The notes beneath the pieces are model-generated. The model ran no database searches. It worked only from the letters and a program-made list of their open reading frames with translations, and was not told the DNA's origin. A stretch of 64,000 nucleotides of DNA from Klebsiella phage KPP2018, in the sequence record NC_110934.1; one strand, 5' to 3'. The number at the start of each line of letters is the position of its first letter. Position 1 is the first letter of the stretch. Shown piece after piece: positions 49,282-57,767 of this stretch. The position numbers and the translations under genes were made by a program.

Positions 49282-49476
49282 ATGAGCAATAAAATTGTTG
49301 TAACCAAAATCAGTACAATGGTTGATGTTTTTTACGTGCCCGATACGCCGGAAAACCGACAAGCGGTCGAGCGTGGAGAATATGATAAAGTGATTTATGA
49401 TCACGATGGTTATTATCAGCATTTAGTGGATTCCTACGGGGAGGAGGAGAAGATCACGCATCGACTACCAGACTAA
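49282..49476 (+). CDS. hypothetical protein (64 aa)
   Basis: Last ORF of the + strand cassette. Confidence 0.4.
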   Translation: MSNKIVVTKISTMVDVFYVPDTPENRQAVERGEYDKVIYDHDGYYQHLVDSYGEEEKITHRLPD

Positions 49477-49724
49477 TAATCACGGGGCGCAACTATCAGG
49501 AAGTGCCCCCAATTCTCAAATGAGAATGATTCTCATTTGACCGCGCCCGCGATGGTTAGCCTGCTAATGGTTAGGGTGTTACGTGTCGCCTTGTGTGATC
49601 GTTAGCGTGCTAACTAATTTTCAAGCCTCCTTCAATTTTGCCCTTGTTTTAGTATCCCCAACAAAATTAAACGCGTTAGAATGCGTTTGAGAGCGTTTTA
49701 ACGCTATATTAGAATTATTCACTG

Positions 49725-49855
49725 CGTAGGAATACTGTATATTTATACAGTAGGATAAGCTGTGGATAAGTCTGTTGATAACGCTTCAAAACGGCTAGAA
49801 TTTTGTCAAGTCAAATCGTGCTGTTAGTAAGTCTGTGGATAACTTAAATAACAGT
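49725..49855. repeat. right arm of inverted repeat; DnaA boxes in opposite orientation
   Basis: TGTGGATAA at 49751-59 and 49824-32. One-mismatch box TGTTGATAA at 49763-71. Inner-end palindrome CTGTATATTTATACAG at 49725-40. Confidence 0.75.
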
Positions 49856-49861
49856 GTTTCT

Positions 49862-50035
49862 CACTTCCGTTCTTAAATGAGAATCATTATCATTTGCATT
49901 TCACTATCTAACTAATAATCATTCCGCTTTTTAAATGAGAATCATTCCGCTTTTTAAATGAGATTGATTCTCATTCCGCTTTTTAAATGCGAATTATTAT
50001 CATTCTCATTCCGCTTTTTAAATGAGAATGATTCT
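49862..50035. repeat. tandem array (5 copies) of about 24-bp unit TTCCGCTTTTTAAATGAGAATCAT
   Basis: Copies begin near 49862, 49922, 49944, 49970 and 50007. The unit contains the half-site AAATGAGAAT of the palindromes at 49519-49541 and 40448-40466. Confidence 0.8.
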
Positions 50036-50053
50036 TATTATCATTCGTATTTA

Positions 50054-50080
50054 GCGCAGGGCAATTGCCCTGCGCTTTTG
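50054..50080 (+). terminator. perfect-palindrome hairpin terminator (GCGCAGGGC-AATT-GCCCTGCGC + TTTTG)
   Basis: 9-bp GC-rich perfect stem, 4-nt loop, T-run on the + strand. Confidence 0.7.
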
Positions 50081-50690
50081 TGCAAATCCGACATTGCTCC
50101 ACGGGTGTTACGTGCGGGCGTGTATGTGCGAATCCGACAATCTTTGGTAGTGTGCAAATCCGACCCGAAAAATTTTTATAGTGTGCAAATCCGACAATGA
50201 ATTTTCCCAAAAACTCCAGCAATCTCGAACTGCGTTCGAATCCTGTGGGGTATGTGCAAATTCGACACGGTTTTTCTAGGATTAAGATGTGCAAATCCGA
50301 CAAGATTTTTGTGACTTCGATTGGAGGGTGTGTGATTGTGTGGGTTTGGGGAGAAGATGAGAGAGCGAGAGAAAATAAGGGAAGAAACTGGAGGAGCAGC
50401 ATGGGTGGCGTGTAACGCCTGATTTGCTGCGTTTTTGGGGAAGAGTTGAGAAGATTTGGGTTAATTGGGCTTGGGGCGAGATAAAGTAAAATTTTATTAG
50501 CAAAATGGGGCAAAATAGCTTGACAAGTGAAAATTCCTGTGGCTCAGGTGCTGCGTACTTTGATACATGGCAGTGGTTTAACCTTAGCAATAATGCTGCT
50601 ATTTTCAGGAGATTATATGTGCCTAAAAACTTAGGCATTTGTGCAAATCCGACCATAAATTTCTAGAAACACAATGTGCAAATCCGACAG
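50080..50690. repeat. iteron array: 8 direct copies of GTGCAAATCCGAC(A)
   Basis: Copies at 50080, 50126 (GTGCGAATCCGACA), 50152, 50183, 50254 (GTGCAAATTCGACA), 50289, 50641 and 50677. All in the same orientation. Confidence 0.85.
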
Positions 50691-50715
50691 TAATTTCTGG
50701 AAATGTGTTTTCAAA

Positions 50716-50885
50716 AAATGTCTCCTAGAAATAACCGCCCTCCCTATAACCGCCCTGTATTAAACCGCCTAGTATATGTTCCTAGAAACTTAGGAGAACC
50801 GCCCACTAGAAGCGTGATATCTCGTGGGTATTTCGTGAGAACTCTGGAGTTTCTAGGAAAGTGTATGTGATCCTAGAGATGGGGA
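50716..50885. repeat. cluster of short repeated motifs: AACCGCC(C) x4 and palindromic TTCTAGAAA-like x6
   Basis: AACCGCCC at 50733, 50748, 50764 and 50797. YYCTAGRAA variants at about 50660, 50688, 50716, 50779, 50850 and 50870. Confidence 0.6.
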
Positions 50886-51146
50886 GCGGCAACAGGTGTA
50901 TCATCTTGAACACAGATATTGCCTTTAAATATATTCGTATGTTTTAAAAGTAAATGATCCCCCATTTCATGTGAGATTCCTCGTGGGGCGCGTGAGTATT
51001 ACGGAAGAACTCTAATATTGGCCCGCGCTAAGACTAGCCGCTATAGCACAGACGCAAATAGAGTTGTAATAATCATCGCCCCTAGAGTTCACAATAAGAG
51101 TTATTGTTAATCTATGAGATTATTATAACATACATTTTTAATAACG

Positions 51147-51902
51147 TCAAGAAGATTTTGCTAACGTTTTTGGATTCTTCCTGGCTTTGAGATATATCCC
51201 TTTAGATGCTAGGTAAATATATGTTGCTAGGAATGAAGATTCTGATCCCGATTCCTCATAGGTTAACGTACCTCTAGGGTATTTATTTGTTTTAGGAGCA
51301 TAGTTAAGCACAGCCGCAGTTAATGATCCTAATCCTAGAACATCCGCAAGACGTCTAAAGGTATTCTCTTCATCATGAATAGCATAAAGAATGTTATCTT
51401 CAATATCCGTTAATGGAATCTTACGGATATGAGATACTGCAATCCGTGCTATCATAGCTCCAATTGTTTTATTAATATCCTCGAAAGAAACACTCTCCAT
51501 ATATTTTAGAGGGGGAAGATGGTCATATTTACATTTCTTAGGCGGAATAAGAAGTTGTTCAGGGTAAGCCTCTAGTGCCTGACGAACGTTTGCTTCTGGA
51601 TATGTTGGCAAAGGTTCATCTATAATAACATGTAAAAAGTTAGCTCTATGCCCTTTAGCAGTTGGATCTAAAGACTTGAGTACTTTATTCATATCCACAT
51701 ATGAATATGCTAGGTCTGCTTGAGGAGCATTAATATCAAACTTAATCTTCTTGCCCTCCCATTTAGCAGGGAACATCTCACAAACAAACATTACTGCATG
51801 TTTGACGTCTGGCTCTAGCTCTGATAGACATTTGTGATCTGCTGTTACTGCTAAAGCGAGTATATTCTTAAATTTATTAGCTTCTTCAATCATATATCCC
51901 AT
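51147..51902 (-). CDS. hypothetical early protein (251 aa)
   Basis: First - strand ORF after the repeat region. No motif. Confidence 0.5.
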   Translation of the reverse strand: MGYMIEEANKFKNILALAVTADHKCLSELEPDVKHAVMFVCEMFPAKWEGKKIKFDINAPQADLAYSYVDMNKVLKSLDPTAKGHRANFLHVIIDEPLPTYPEANVRQALEAYPEQLLIPPKKCKYDHLPPLKYMESVSFEDINKTIGAMIARIAVSHIRKIPLTDIEDNILYAIHDEENTFRRLADVLGLGSLTAAVLNYAPKTNKYPRGTLTYEESGSESSFLATYIYLASKGIYLKARKNPKTLAKSS

Positions 51903-52231
51903 GCCTGCTGACTAGTATCACTAACTTGTGTCTTTTTCTCTCTTCGTGGTTTAAAAGTTCCTGTAGTATTACTTTTACTAGGTTCTAATTTATACCACAG
52001 CATTCCTAGCTGGTTAACCATATGAGCAACATTTCTAGGGGTCAATGGAGGTAGGGATTCACAGTTTGATATCTCTATTAATATATTAAATAATTCTGTC
52101 TCTTTAGCCTTACTGTTTACTACCACCACGTATTCTAATGTCTCTACCTCAGAATCCTCGTCTTTATAGTAAAGGCTAAGAGTAATTAAATTTTCCCCAG
52201 CAGGAGTTATTTTTGTTTTACCAAATATCAT
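51890..52231 (-). CDS. hypothetical early protein (113 aa)
   Basis: Coupled overlap with neighbours. Confidence 0.45.
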   Translation of the reverse strand: MIFGKTKITPAGENLITLSLYYKDEDSEVETLEYVVVVNSKAKETELFNILIEISNCESLPPLTPRNVAHMVNQLGMLWYKLEPSKSNTTGTFKPRREKKTQVSDTSQQAWDI

Positions 52232-52845
52232 TAATTACCTCTCTTATCTTCATTAAGCGCAGCTCCCAACGCCTCCATAATAGCATCTTCTAAACTTCCA
52301 TGTTTACTAGGATCATTAAAATGAATAGCATAAACAGAACTCCTAGAAACTCCAGCATCCGCAGGTGCTACGCTTCGCATATCAGATTCAAAAGCTTCTT
52401 GAGTATGCTTTAACTGTACAGAAGGGCCGTAATCTTCACCAAACTTGTATGACTGCGTACTACTTATCACACCCCCACAAGGAACATTGTGCATATCCGA
52501 CATTAATCTTTTATCGGAGTTATTCAGCATTGCGATTGGCCCTGACTGCCACGGATCTCGAATAGTTACTGGAGTACTGGGGCGGTTCACTTCAGCCTTC
52601 ACAAGTTTGTACCCTGCATCGATTAATGCGTTAATTAGATTATCAGCTGGGATGCGAGCCTTGCCAAAAATCTTACGAGCATCTTCGAGCTTATCCTCAA
52701 GATCTTTACATGCTCTAAGGTCAGTGTGTGCAAATGTTAGCTTCATAGATTTAAATTGTACAGTAGCAGTTAAATCTTTAAAGCTATAATCCCATGTGTT
52801 CAGTTCATGATCCGGTACTACTTGAATAGGTTGTTGTGCAAACAT
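52231..52845 (-). CDS. hypothetical early protein (204 aa)
   Basis: ORF with coupled stop/start. Confidence 0.5.
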   Translation of the reverse strand: MFAQQPIQVVPDHELNTWDYSFKDLTATVQFKSMKLTFAHTDLRACKDLEDKLEDARKIFGKARIPADNLINALIDAGYKLVKAEVNRPSTPVTIRDPWQSGPIAMLNNSDKRLMSDMHNVPCGGVISSTQSYKFGEDYGPSVQLKHTQEAFESDMRSVAPADAGVSRSSVYAIHFNDPSKHGSLEDAIMEALGAALNEDKRGN

Positions 52846-53030
52846 TATATATTCTCCAGTTTGTCTAACAGTTTATGAGCTGCGATGTTATATTGAAAGA
52901 GTTCATTATTGAGAATTTCATTCTCACAGGTTAACTCTAGATTCTTAGTATTGAGGCGACTGCAAATCAGTATCAGTCCCAGGATTATTAGGAGTGAGCC
53001 TCCTAGTAATACAAGAAGTAATGTTTCCAT
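52845..53030 (-). CDS. small membrane protein (61 aa)
   Basis: N-terminal TM helix. Confidence 0.4.
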   Translation of the reverse strand: METLLLVLLGGSLLIILGLILICSRLNTKNLELTCENEILNNELFQYNIAAHKLLDKLENI

Positions 53031-53263
53031 TATTTAATTCCCATGTAACGTTTGAGATATCCGATGAAGTCTTCCGCTGTATGCTCTACGCTACCTTGAG
53101 CTACGAATAGCTTGAGAGCTTCACGTTGTAGTTTGAGAGCAGCTAACTCACCCCGTAATTTTATCAGATCTTCTGCTAGTTCTCTAGCTCTACGCATAAT
53201 AACAAAAGATACAAGTACTACGATGAATAACATAACTACTAAAATAATTGCTATGATTTCCAT
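53030..53263 (-). CDS. small membrane protein (77 aa)
   Basis: N-terminal TM helix plus coiled coil. Confidence 0.4.
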   Translation of the reverse strand: MEIIAIILVVMLFIVVLVSFVIMRRARELAEDLIKLRGELAALKLQREALKLFVAQGSVEHTAEDFIGYLKRYMGIK

Positions 53264-53541
53264 ATTAACATCCAGCTTTTATCACACATTTGGGCATGGT
53301 CTATCAGTTCATTCATTGATGTATTGTTATCATAAATGCACTCTAGTATATACCTTCTATCAAATTCGTCAACCAAATATTCTACGTTATTTATTACTAC
53401 TTTATACAGATCTGGGACTAGAGAGCATGTATTTGGTACGGGGCGACTGCTTAAGTCTATTTCGTTTTTACCCCATTCTGTTTTAAATAGTTTGTTACTA
53501 AGTGCTGCTAATGGGTTTGACCACACAATATAGCTACTCAC
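53251..53541 (-). CDS. hypothetical protein (96 aa)
   Basis: ORF only. Confidence 0.4.
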   Translation of the reverse strand: MSSYIVWSNPLAALSNKLFKTEWGKNEIDLSSRPVPNTCSLVPDLYKVVINNVEYLVDEFDRRYILECIYDNNTSMNELIDHAQMCDKSWMLIWKS

Positions 53542-53980
53542 TATTTATCTCCCTTCTTAACTTTGAAAACTTATTATACCAAACTATATGATTATCGTCA
53601 ATTACAAATTTATGATAACATGCTGGCACGGTATAAGTTCCATAATCCGTGACACGCTGCACAACCTTGTGTGCACACAGTCGACAACCATGCCCTTCTA
53701 AATGAGATCTAGCAGTTTGCCAGTAATACCCTTCATGATCTGGGCAATAGATCTCGACTTGCTGTTGCATTGTTTTATAATTTACACGCTCATACCCAAA
53801 GAAAGCTCCATGAACTGCAACAGCTTTCTTGATAAATATAAGGTTTAGTGCTTCTTGCTGAAAGTCGGGATGTAGCTGCTTAATCTTAGTTCTATTAATA
53901 GATCCATCCGATTTGATAAACCTATTTATTGGGAAGTTGTTAGCTTCCTCGATTAGTAATTCATTTACTTTTTCTCTCAT
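53534..53980 (-). CDS. hypothetical Cys/His-rich protein (putative zinc-binding)
   Basis: CPDHEGYYW...HGCRLCAH...C..H. Start taken at MREKVN (53980), adjacent to the upstream ORF stop; the tracked start at 54082 overlaps the upstream gene by 100 nt. Confidence 0.4.
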   Translation of the reverse strand: MREKVNELLIEEANNFPINRFIKSDGSINRTKIKQLHPDFQQEALNLIFIKKAVAVHGAFFGYERVNYKTMQQQVEIYCPDHEGYYWQTARSHLEGHGCRLCAHKVVQRVTDYGTYTVPACYHKFVIDDNHIVWYNKFSKLRREINSE

Positions 53981-53981
53981 A

Positions 53982-54206
53982 TTAGATATTCTCACACCTA
54001 AGGTAGAAACATTCGTAAGCATCACCAGTAAACTCTTTACCTTGTAGTATACATTTAGCCTGGTCTTCTGGTACTCCGGCATCTAATAATTGTTGTTTAC
54101 TTGGCTTTTCAGCGAATACCTTTACAAAATATTCACCATCCTGATTATACTCATTTATATCTCTAGTAAGGACATATACTTGCATTTGAAATTCCTTGAA
54201 ACACAA
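53982..54206 (-). CDS. hypothetical protein (74 aa)
   Basis: ORF only. Confidence 0.4.
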   Translation of the reverse strand: MCFKEFQMQVYVLTRDINEYNQDGEYFVKVFAEKPSKQQLLDAGVPEDQAKCILQGKEFTGDAYECFYLRCENI

Positions 54207-54239
54207 AAGGCCAGAACAATTAAGTCCTGGCCTCTAGAA

Positions 54240-54677
54240 TTAATGAAGTTGTTTACCACTTCTTAACATAGTGGCCGTTTCCATAAGATTTAACGTTGTA
54301 TCACGCTTTTTGATTTGTTTGTCGAGTTCATCGGTGCGTTTGCCAATGTAAGCGTTAATAGCCATATTCATAGCTGAGGCGAGATCTTCTTTGGTTATCT
54401 CTTCATCATCTAAGGCTAATTTAGCCAAAGAATCGAACGCAATAGAAAGTCCTATAAGATCTGAGGTTTCACTAGCTAAGATGGGATCAATATTATCTAT
54501 TGTTACTTCTAACATAGAGTTAACAATATCTTCTCCGTCTACTAGACCAGATTCAATATTACTCTCCCATTCCTTCATCTGCTCCAGCAATGGATTTTTC
54601 TTTTCTGTCATGGTAGAGATTTCCTGTGTCAGTTGGTAAGAAGGACGATTGAGCTTTAGGTGGATGTTGTTTAGCAA
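54240..54677 (-). CDS. hypothetical acidic protein
   Basis: Real start probably internal: ATG at 54578 has RBS GGAGCAGATG (product 112 aa, 20-nt overlap with the upstream gene); ATG at 54611 is an alternative. Confidence 0.4.
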   Translation of the reverse strand: MLNNIHLKLNRPSYQLTQEISTMTEKKNPLLEQMKEWESNIESGLVDGEDIVNSMLEVTIDNIDPILASETSDLIGLSIAFDSLAKLALDDEEITKEDLASAMNMAINAYIGKRTDELDKQIKKRDTTLNLMETATMLRSGKQLH

Positions 54678-55020
54678 TCCAGTTAAGAATCAGCACACGA
54701 CTAGGAACAATATCAGTGTTGTACCAGAAATCGTGAACCCATTGACGAGCATCCTCAAACTTACCAAATTTATATGCTTTCTTAAACAATTTAAACCCAA
54801 AACAATCTGGTGTAAAGTCTACTTCACGATACTGAACTACTTTAGAACCGGTTAGGTCTTGGATTGCTGCATTAATTTCTGTATGAGAGAATTTTGTTTC
54901 GTGAAACTTATTAAAGAATCGGTAGTTGAAGCGTCCGTTCGTTTCGACAAACAACTGGATAAAGAGATCGTTAAATTGATTATCAAACCAGTAATTCTGT
55001 AGTTGTTGTAGTGCTGTCAT
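54559..55020 (-). CDS. hypothetical protein (153 aa)
   Basis: ORF only. Confidence 0.45.
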   Translation of the reverse strand: MTALQQLQNYWFDNQFNDLFIQLFVETNGRFNYRFFNKFHETKFSHTEINAAIQDLTGSKVVQYREVDFTPDCFGFKLFKKAYKFGKFEDARQWVHDFWYNTDIVPSRVLILNWIAKQHPPKAQSSFLPTDTGNLYHDRKEKSIAGADEGMGE

Positions 55021-55217
55021 TTACGAACTCCGTTAATTGCCACGATGATGCCTTCGTACATAAAAGGAAGTAGTTCAGAAGTGTAGAAGATATTTTCCGT
55101 TATTCCTAGATGTCGAAAAAGTATATTAAATAATGCTGTTAGAAATACAATCTGAGGCAGTAATACAAAATACTCAGTTACAATCTTTGGTGCCTGATAA
55201 ACAAGACGTTTTATCAT
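55017..55217 (-). CDS. small membrane protein (66 aa)
   Basis: Hydrophobic. Confidence 0.35.
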   Translation of the reverse strand: MIKRLVYQAPKIVTEYFVLLPQIVFLTALFNILFRHLGITENIFYTSELLPFMYEGIIVAINGVRK

Positions 55218-55316
55218 TGTTTTTAAGTCTCCTTATTACTTTGGCCTGCTCCACAATAATAAAAACTGCAAGCACTAATAGTGCTATTAGCCCCGCAGTA
55301 ATTGGTACTAAATCAA

Positions 55317-55643
55317 TCATGGGAGACGCCATACGTAATTAGCTGTCTGTAGGATCTTAGGTGTGTCATTATGATACATTACTACAGACTTTGGTGAATA
55401 ACTATCAGCTAGTTCTTTACGAATCATCTTACATTCTTCACCAGTATCGATATTTTTAACTATCACTTTCATATTAAGAGGTGTTAATACAGAAAGTGGT
55501 TTCCAAGAGTCCTCAATTTCAATTCCTACCTTTTTCTCGATTAACATGAGAACTTCTAGTGTATCATCTGGAATACTAATATTATTATTCACAAACTGTA
55601 ATATCTCATGTAAGGTATTTAATTCATTAAAATTAAGCTTCAT
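55317..55643 (-). CDS. hypothetical protein (108 aa)
   Basis: ORF only. Confidence 0.4.
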   Translation of the reverse strand: MKLNFNELNTLHEILQFVNNNISIPDDTLEVLMLIEKKVGIEIEDSWKPLSVLTPLNMKVIVKNIDTGEECKMIRKELADSYSPKSVVMYHNDTPKILQTANYVWRLP

Positions 55644-55878
55644 CTTTAAGAATATCCTCTACCATATCACAAGACTGTTGCAATTCATCAGCAATACGTT
55701 TAATATCGGTTTTTGTTACTTTACCAACTAACATCACCAGTAACATAGAAAAGATAATAAGTGGAACTGGAATAACAAATAAAGCTACTTTAGCTACATT
55801 CTTTGGTGCCCATGTGTGGTATTTAGTAACCAGTACACCAACCACAATTAGATAAAACGCTAGAATAAACATCATCAT
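55633..55878 (-). CDS. small membrane protein (81 aa)
   Basis: Two TM helices. Confidence 0.4.
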   Translation of the reverse strand: MMMFILAFYLIVVGVLVTKYHTWAPKNVAKVALFVIPVPLIIFSMLLVMLVGKVTKTDIKRIADELQQSCDMVEDILKDEA

Positions 55879-56156
55879 TTTTTAATCTCCGTAATTATCT
55901 GTGCGCGCATTACTTTATTAGGTAATTTTGTATTCCCAGCTATTGCTTCAATATTGTTTAGTTTTTCTTTTAGAATATCTGAGCGTCTTTGTGCTAGTTC
56001 AATATCTTGTTCTTGTTCTATTAAGCGGCAGTGAAGTCCACTATTAGTAGTAAGCATACTCTCCATATTTTTTCGCATGCTTACAATACCAATAATCCCA
56101 CCAATCGCTGCTAGTGTCATAAGAACTAGTAGTCCAATGAGAATTTCAGTTAACAT
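55875..56156 (-). CDS. small membrane protein (93 aa)
   Basis: N-terminal TM helix plus coiled coil. Confidence 0.4.
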   Translation of the reverse strand: MLTEILIGLLVLMTLAAIGGIIGIVSMRKNMESMLTTNSGLHCRLIEQEQDIELAQRRSDILKEKLNNIEAIAGNTKLPNKVMRAQIITEIKK

Positions 56157-56316
56157 TAAATACTCCTACATTTTTCGTTATCTGGGACTAATTTACACAT
56201 TTCTACTTTCAGTTCTTTTGCTGAGTTTTCTAGTTTAGAAACTTTATTGTGAATAAGTCCCAAAAATATCGCTTGGAAAACTACCATTATTGCTACTAAT
56301 GCTAGTTTATTCTCCA

Positions 56317-56586
56317 TTATTTCTTACCTTTCAGTTGCTTAACTTCACGCTCAAAAGATGCTGCACGACGTTCAGCAGTTGCCTGGTGCTCTTTCGCAAA
56401 ACGAGCTTCCTGTTTTGCGAGGTTGAATGCCATAGCATTCTTATTCAGAGAATCATACATCTTTTTCATTGCCGGAATAGACATCTTCATGAGCTGACCC
56501 TCAAAACCCTGCATGTCGAGGAGAATTGCCAGAACGTTAGCCATTTCGTTTTTAGTCATGTTTTCCATTAGAATTTCCTCTCTCAT
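56317..56586 (-). CDS. hypothetical protein (89 aa)
   Basis: Basic, coiled coil. Confidence 0.4.
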   Translation of the reverse strand: MREEILMENMTKNEMANVLAILLDMQGFEGQLMKMSIPAMKKMYDSLNKNAMAFNLAKQEARFAKEHQATAERRAASFEREVKQLKGKK

Positions 56587-56646
56587 TAATTTATGAACTT
56601 ATTATACAGAATTTTAAGGCTTAAAGCAACTGAATTTTTTAATTAC

Positions 56647-57078
56647 TTACCAATCGTTAACAACGCCGGAGAACTCAGAAGCAAAAACTTTTTCAAATTT
56701 CTCTGCAATTTCAGGATGATCTTTGCAGATCAGCTCAATACAGGCTTCTGGAGTCATTCCTTCATCTTCAGGATCACCATAGTATTTATCCCAAAGATCA
56801 TCAGGAATGATATGCTCCGCCAAATCTTGGAAAGAGATTAACTGATAACGTTCTGCCTCCTCAGCGATAAGAATTTCGCACAGATCTTTATCTATATCGC
56901 TACGATAATCAGCAATTAATAGGGCATTGCAAGCATGACATTCCCAGACCATCAAACGTTCAGAGATAGGATTAGACTTATCTTGAACGTAAGACTGGAA
57001 CAAGGTTCGGAAAGTTGCCTTAACTTGTTCAAACTTATCTGCTGCTGCGAAAACTAGAGCTTTATCAACTTTGTTCAT
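56647..57078 (-). CDS. hypothetical acidic protein (143 aa)
   Basis: ORF only. Confidence 0.45.
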   Translation of the reverse strand: MNKVDKALVFAAADKFEQVKATFRTLFQSYVQDKSNPISERLMVWECHACNALLIADYRSDIDKDLCEILIAEEAERYQLISFQDLAEHIIPDDLWDKYYGDPEDEGMTPEACIELICKDHPEIAEKFEKVFASEFSGVVNDW

Positions 57079-57245
57079 TTTGATTCCTTCTCATCAATTT
57101 ATAAAGTAATTATATAGAAACTTAAGCATTTTAGCAAATAAAACTTTTAATTAAAATGCCTAATCCTATGCCAATAGCAATACAAATGATTATAAGTATT
57201 GCTATCGCTTGTATGATTCGTTTAATAATAGCCTCAGCTATATAT

Positions 57246-57767
57246 TCAGACATTTAACATCCAGCTAGTTTTATCATGTGAGGTATACTTACCACTCATG
57301 ATGTCTTCCAGACGTACTGGTGATTTTGCATACTCGACACAAACGTTAATATAACGGGGATCCCCCATTAGCTCAAAGTGAGTATGCCCATGTAAGTTCT
57401 TCTTACCTCTCAGCTCCCCATGGTGTATTGGAGCATGGGAAAGCCAGAAGTTTTTATACTTAACTAGTGATTGTACATTATCTACAATCCCTATTAAGTC
57501 TTTGAAAGATAATCCTTCTCGTTCTAAGTCGTGGTTTCCCAAAACTAACGTAGTTCTAACATTGCCAAAGAGTTTTTCGAACTTCTCCAAACCATTTCTA
57601 GATACAAATGCGTCTCCTAAAATATAGAATACTGTACGCTTATCTTTCACGGATGTAATAGTATCCATAATAAATTCGTCATGCTCTTCCATAGTAGAGA
57701 AGATTGGTCTGAATTTAGTAATATTTGCATGCCCCAAGTGGAGGTCACTCCAAAAGCGAACTTTCAT
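57246..57767 (-). CDS. metallophosphoesterase (calcineurin-like), 173 aa
   Basis: Motifs WSDLHLGH, GDAF, GNHD, HGHTHF. Confidence 0.7.
   Translation of the reverse strand: MKVRFWSDLHLGHANITKFRPIFSTMEEHDEFIMDTITSVKDKRTVFYILGDAFVSRNGLEKFEKLFGNVRTTLVLGNHDLEREGLSFKDLIGIVDNVQSLVKYKNFWLSHAPIHHGELRGKKNLHGHTHFELMGDPRYINVCVEYAKSPVRLEDIMSGKYTSHDKTSWMLNV

Larger units (their letters stand above)
40150..50500. repeat. putative collapsed long terminal repeat (pre-early, first-step-transfer-like region) of a T5-like genome; boundaries approximate
   Basis: About 10.3-kb block with visibly higher GC than flanking late and early regions. Contains dmp/A1/A2-like pre-early genes. Lies exactly between the last late gene (RBP/llp) and early genes, where the T5 terminal repeat (about 10.1 kb, as I recall) would sit if represented once. 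Confidence 0.4.

Noticed and set aside
49862-50035. Tandem repeat arrays (here and at 45863-45945) considered as CRISPR
   Set aside because: Units are AT-rich 24-27 bp without unique spacers of regular length, and there are no cas genes. They read as protein-binding tandem sites.
50228-50252. GTTCGAATCC (tRNA T-loop consensus) in the iteron region suggested a tRNA gene
   Set aside because: Flanking bases cannot form the 5-bp T-stem (CTGCG vs CCTGT). No acceptor or anticodon arms could be built. No other tRNA-like sequences were found in the window.
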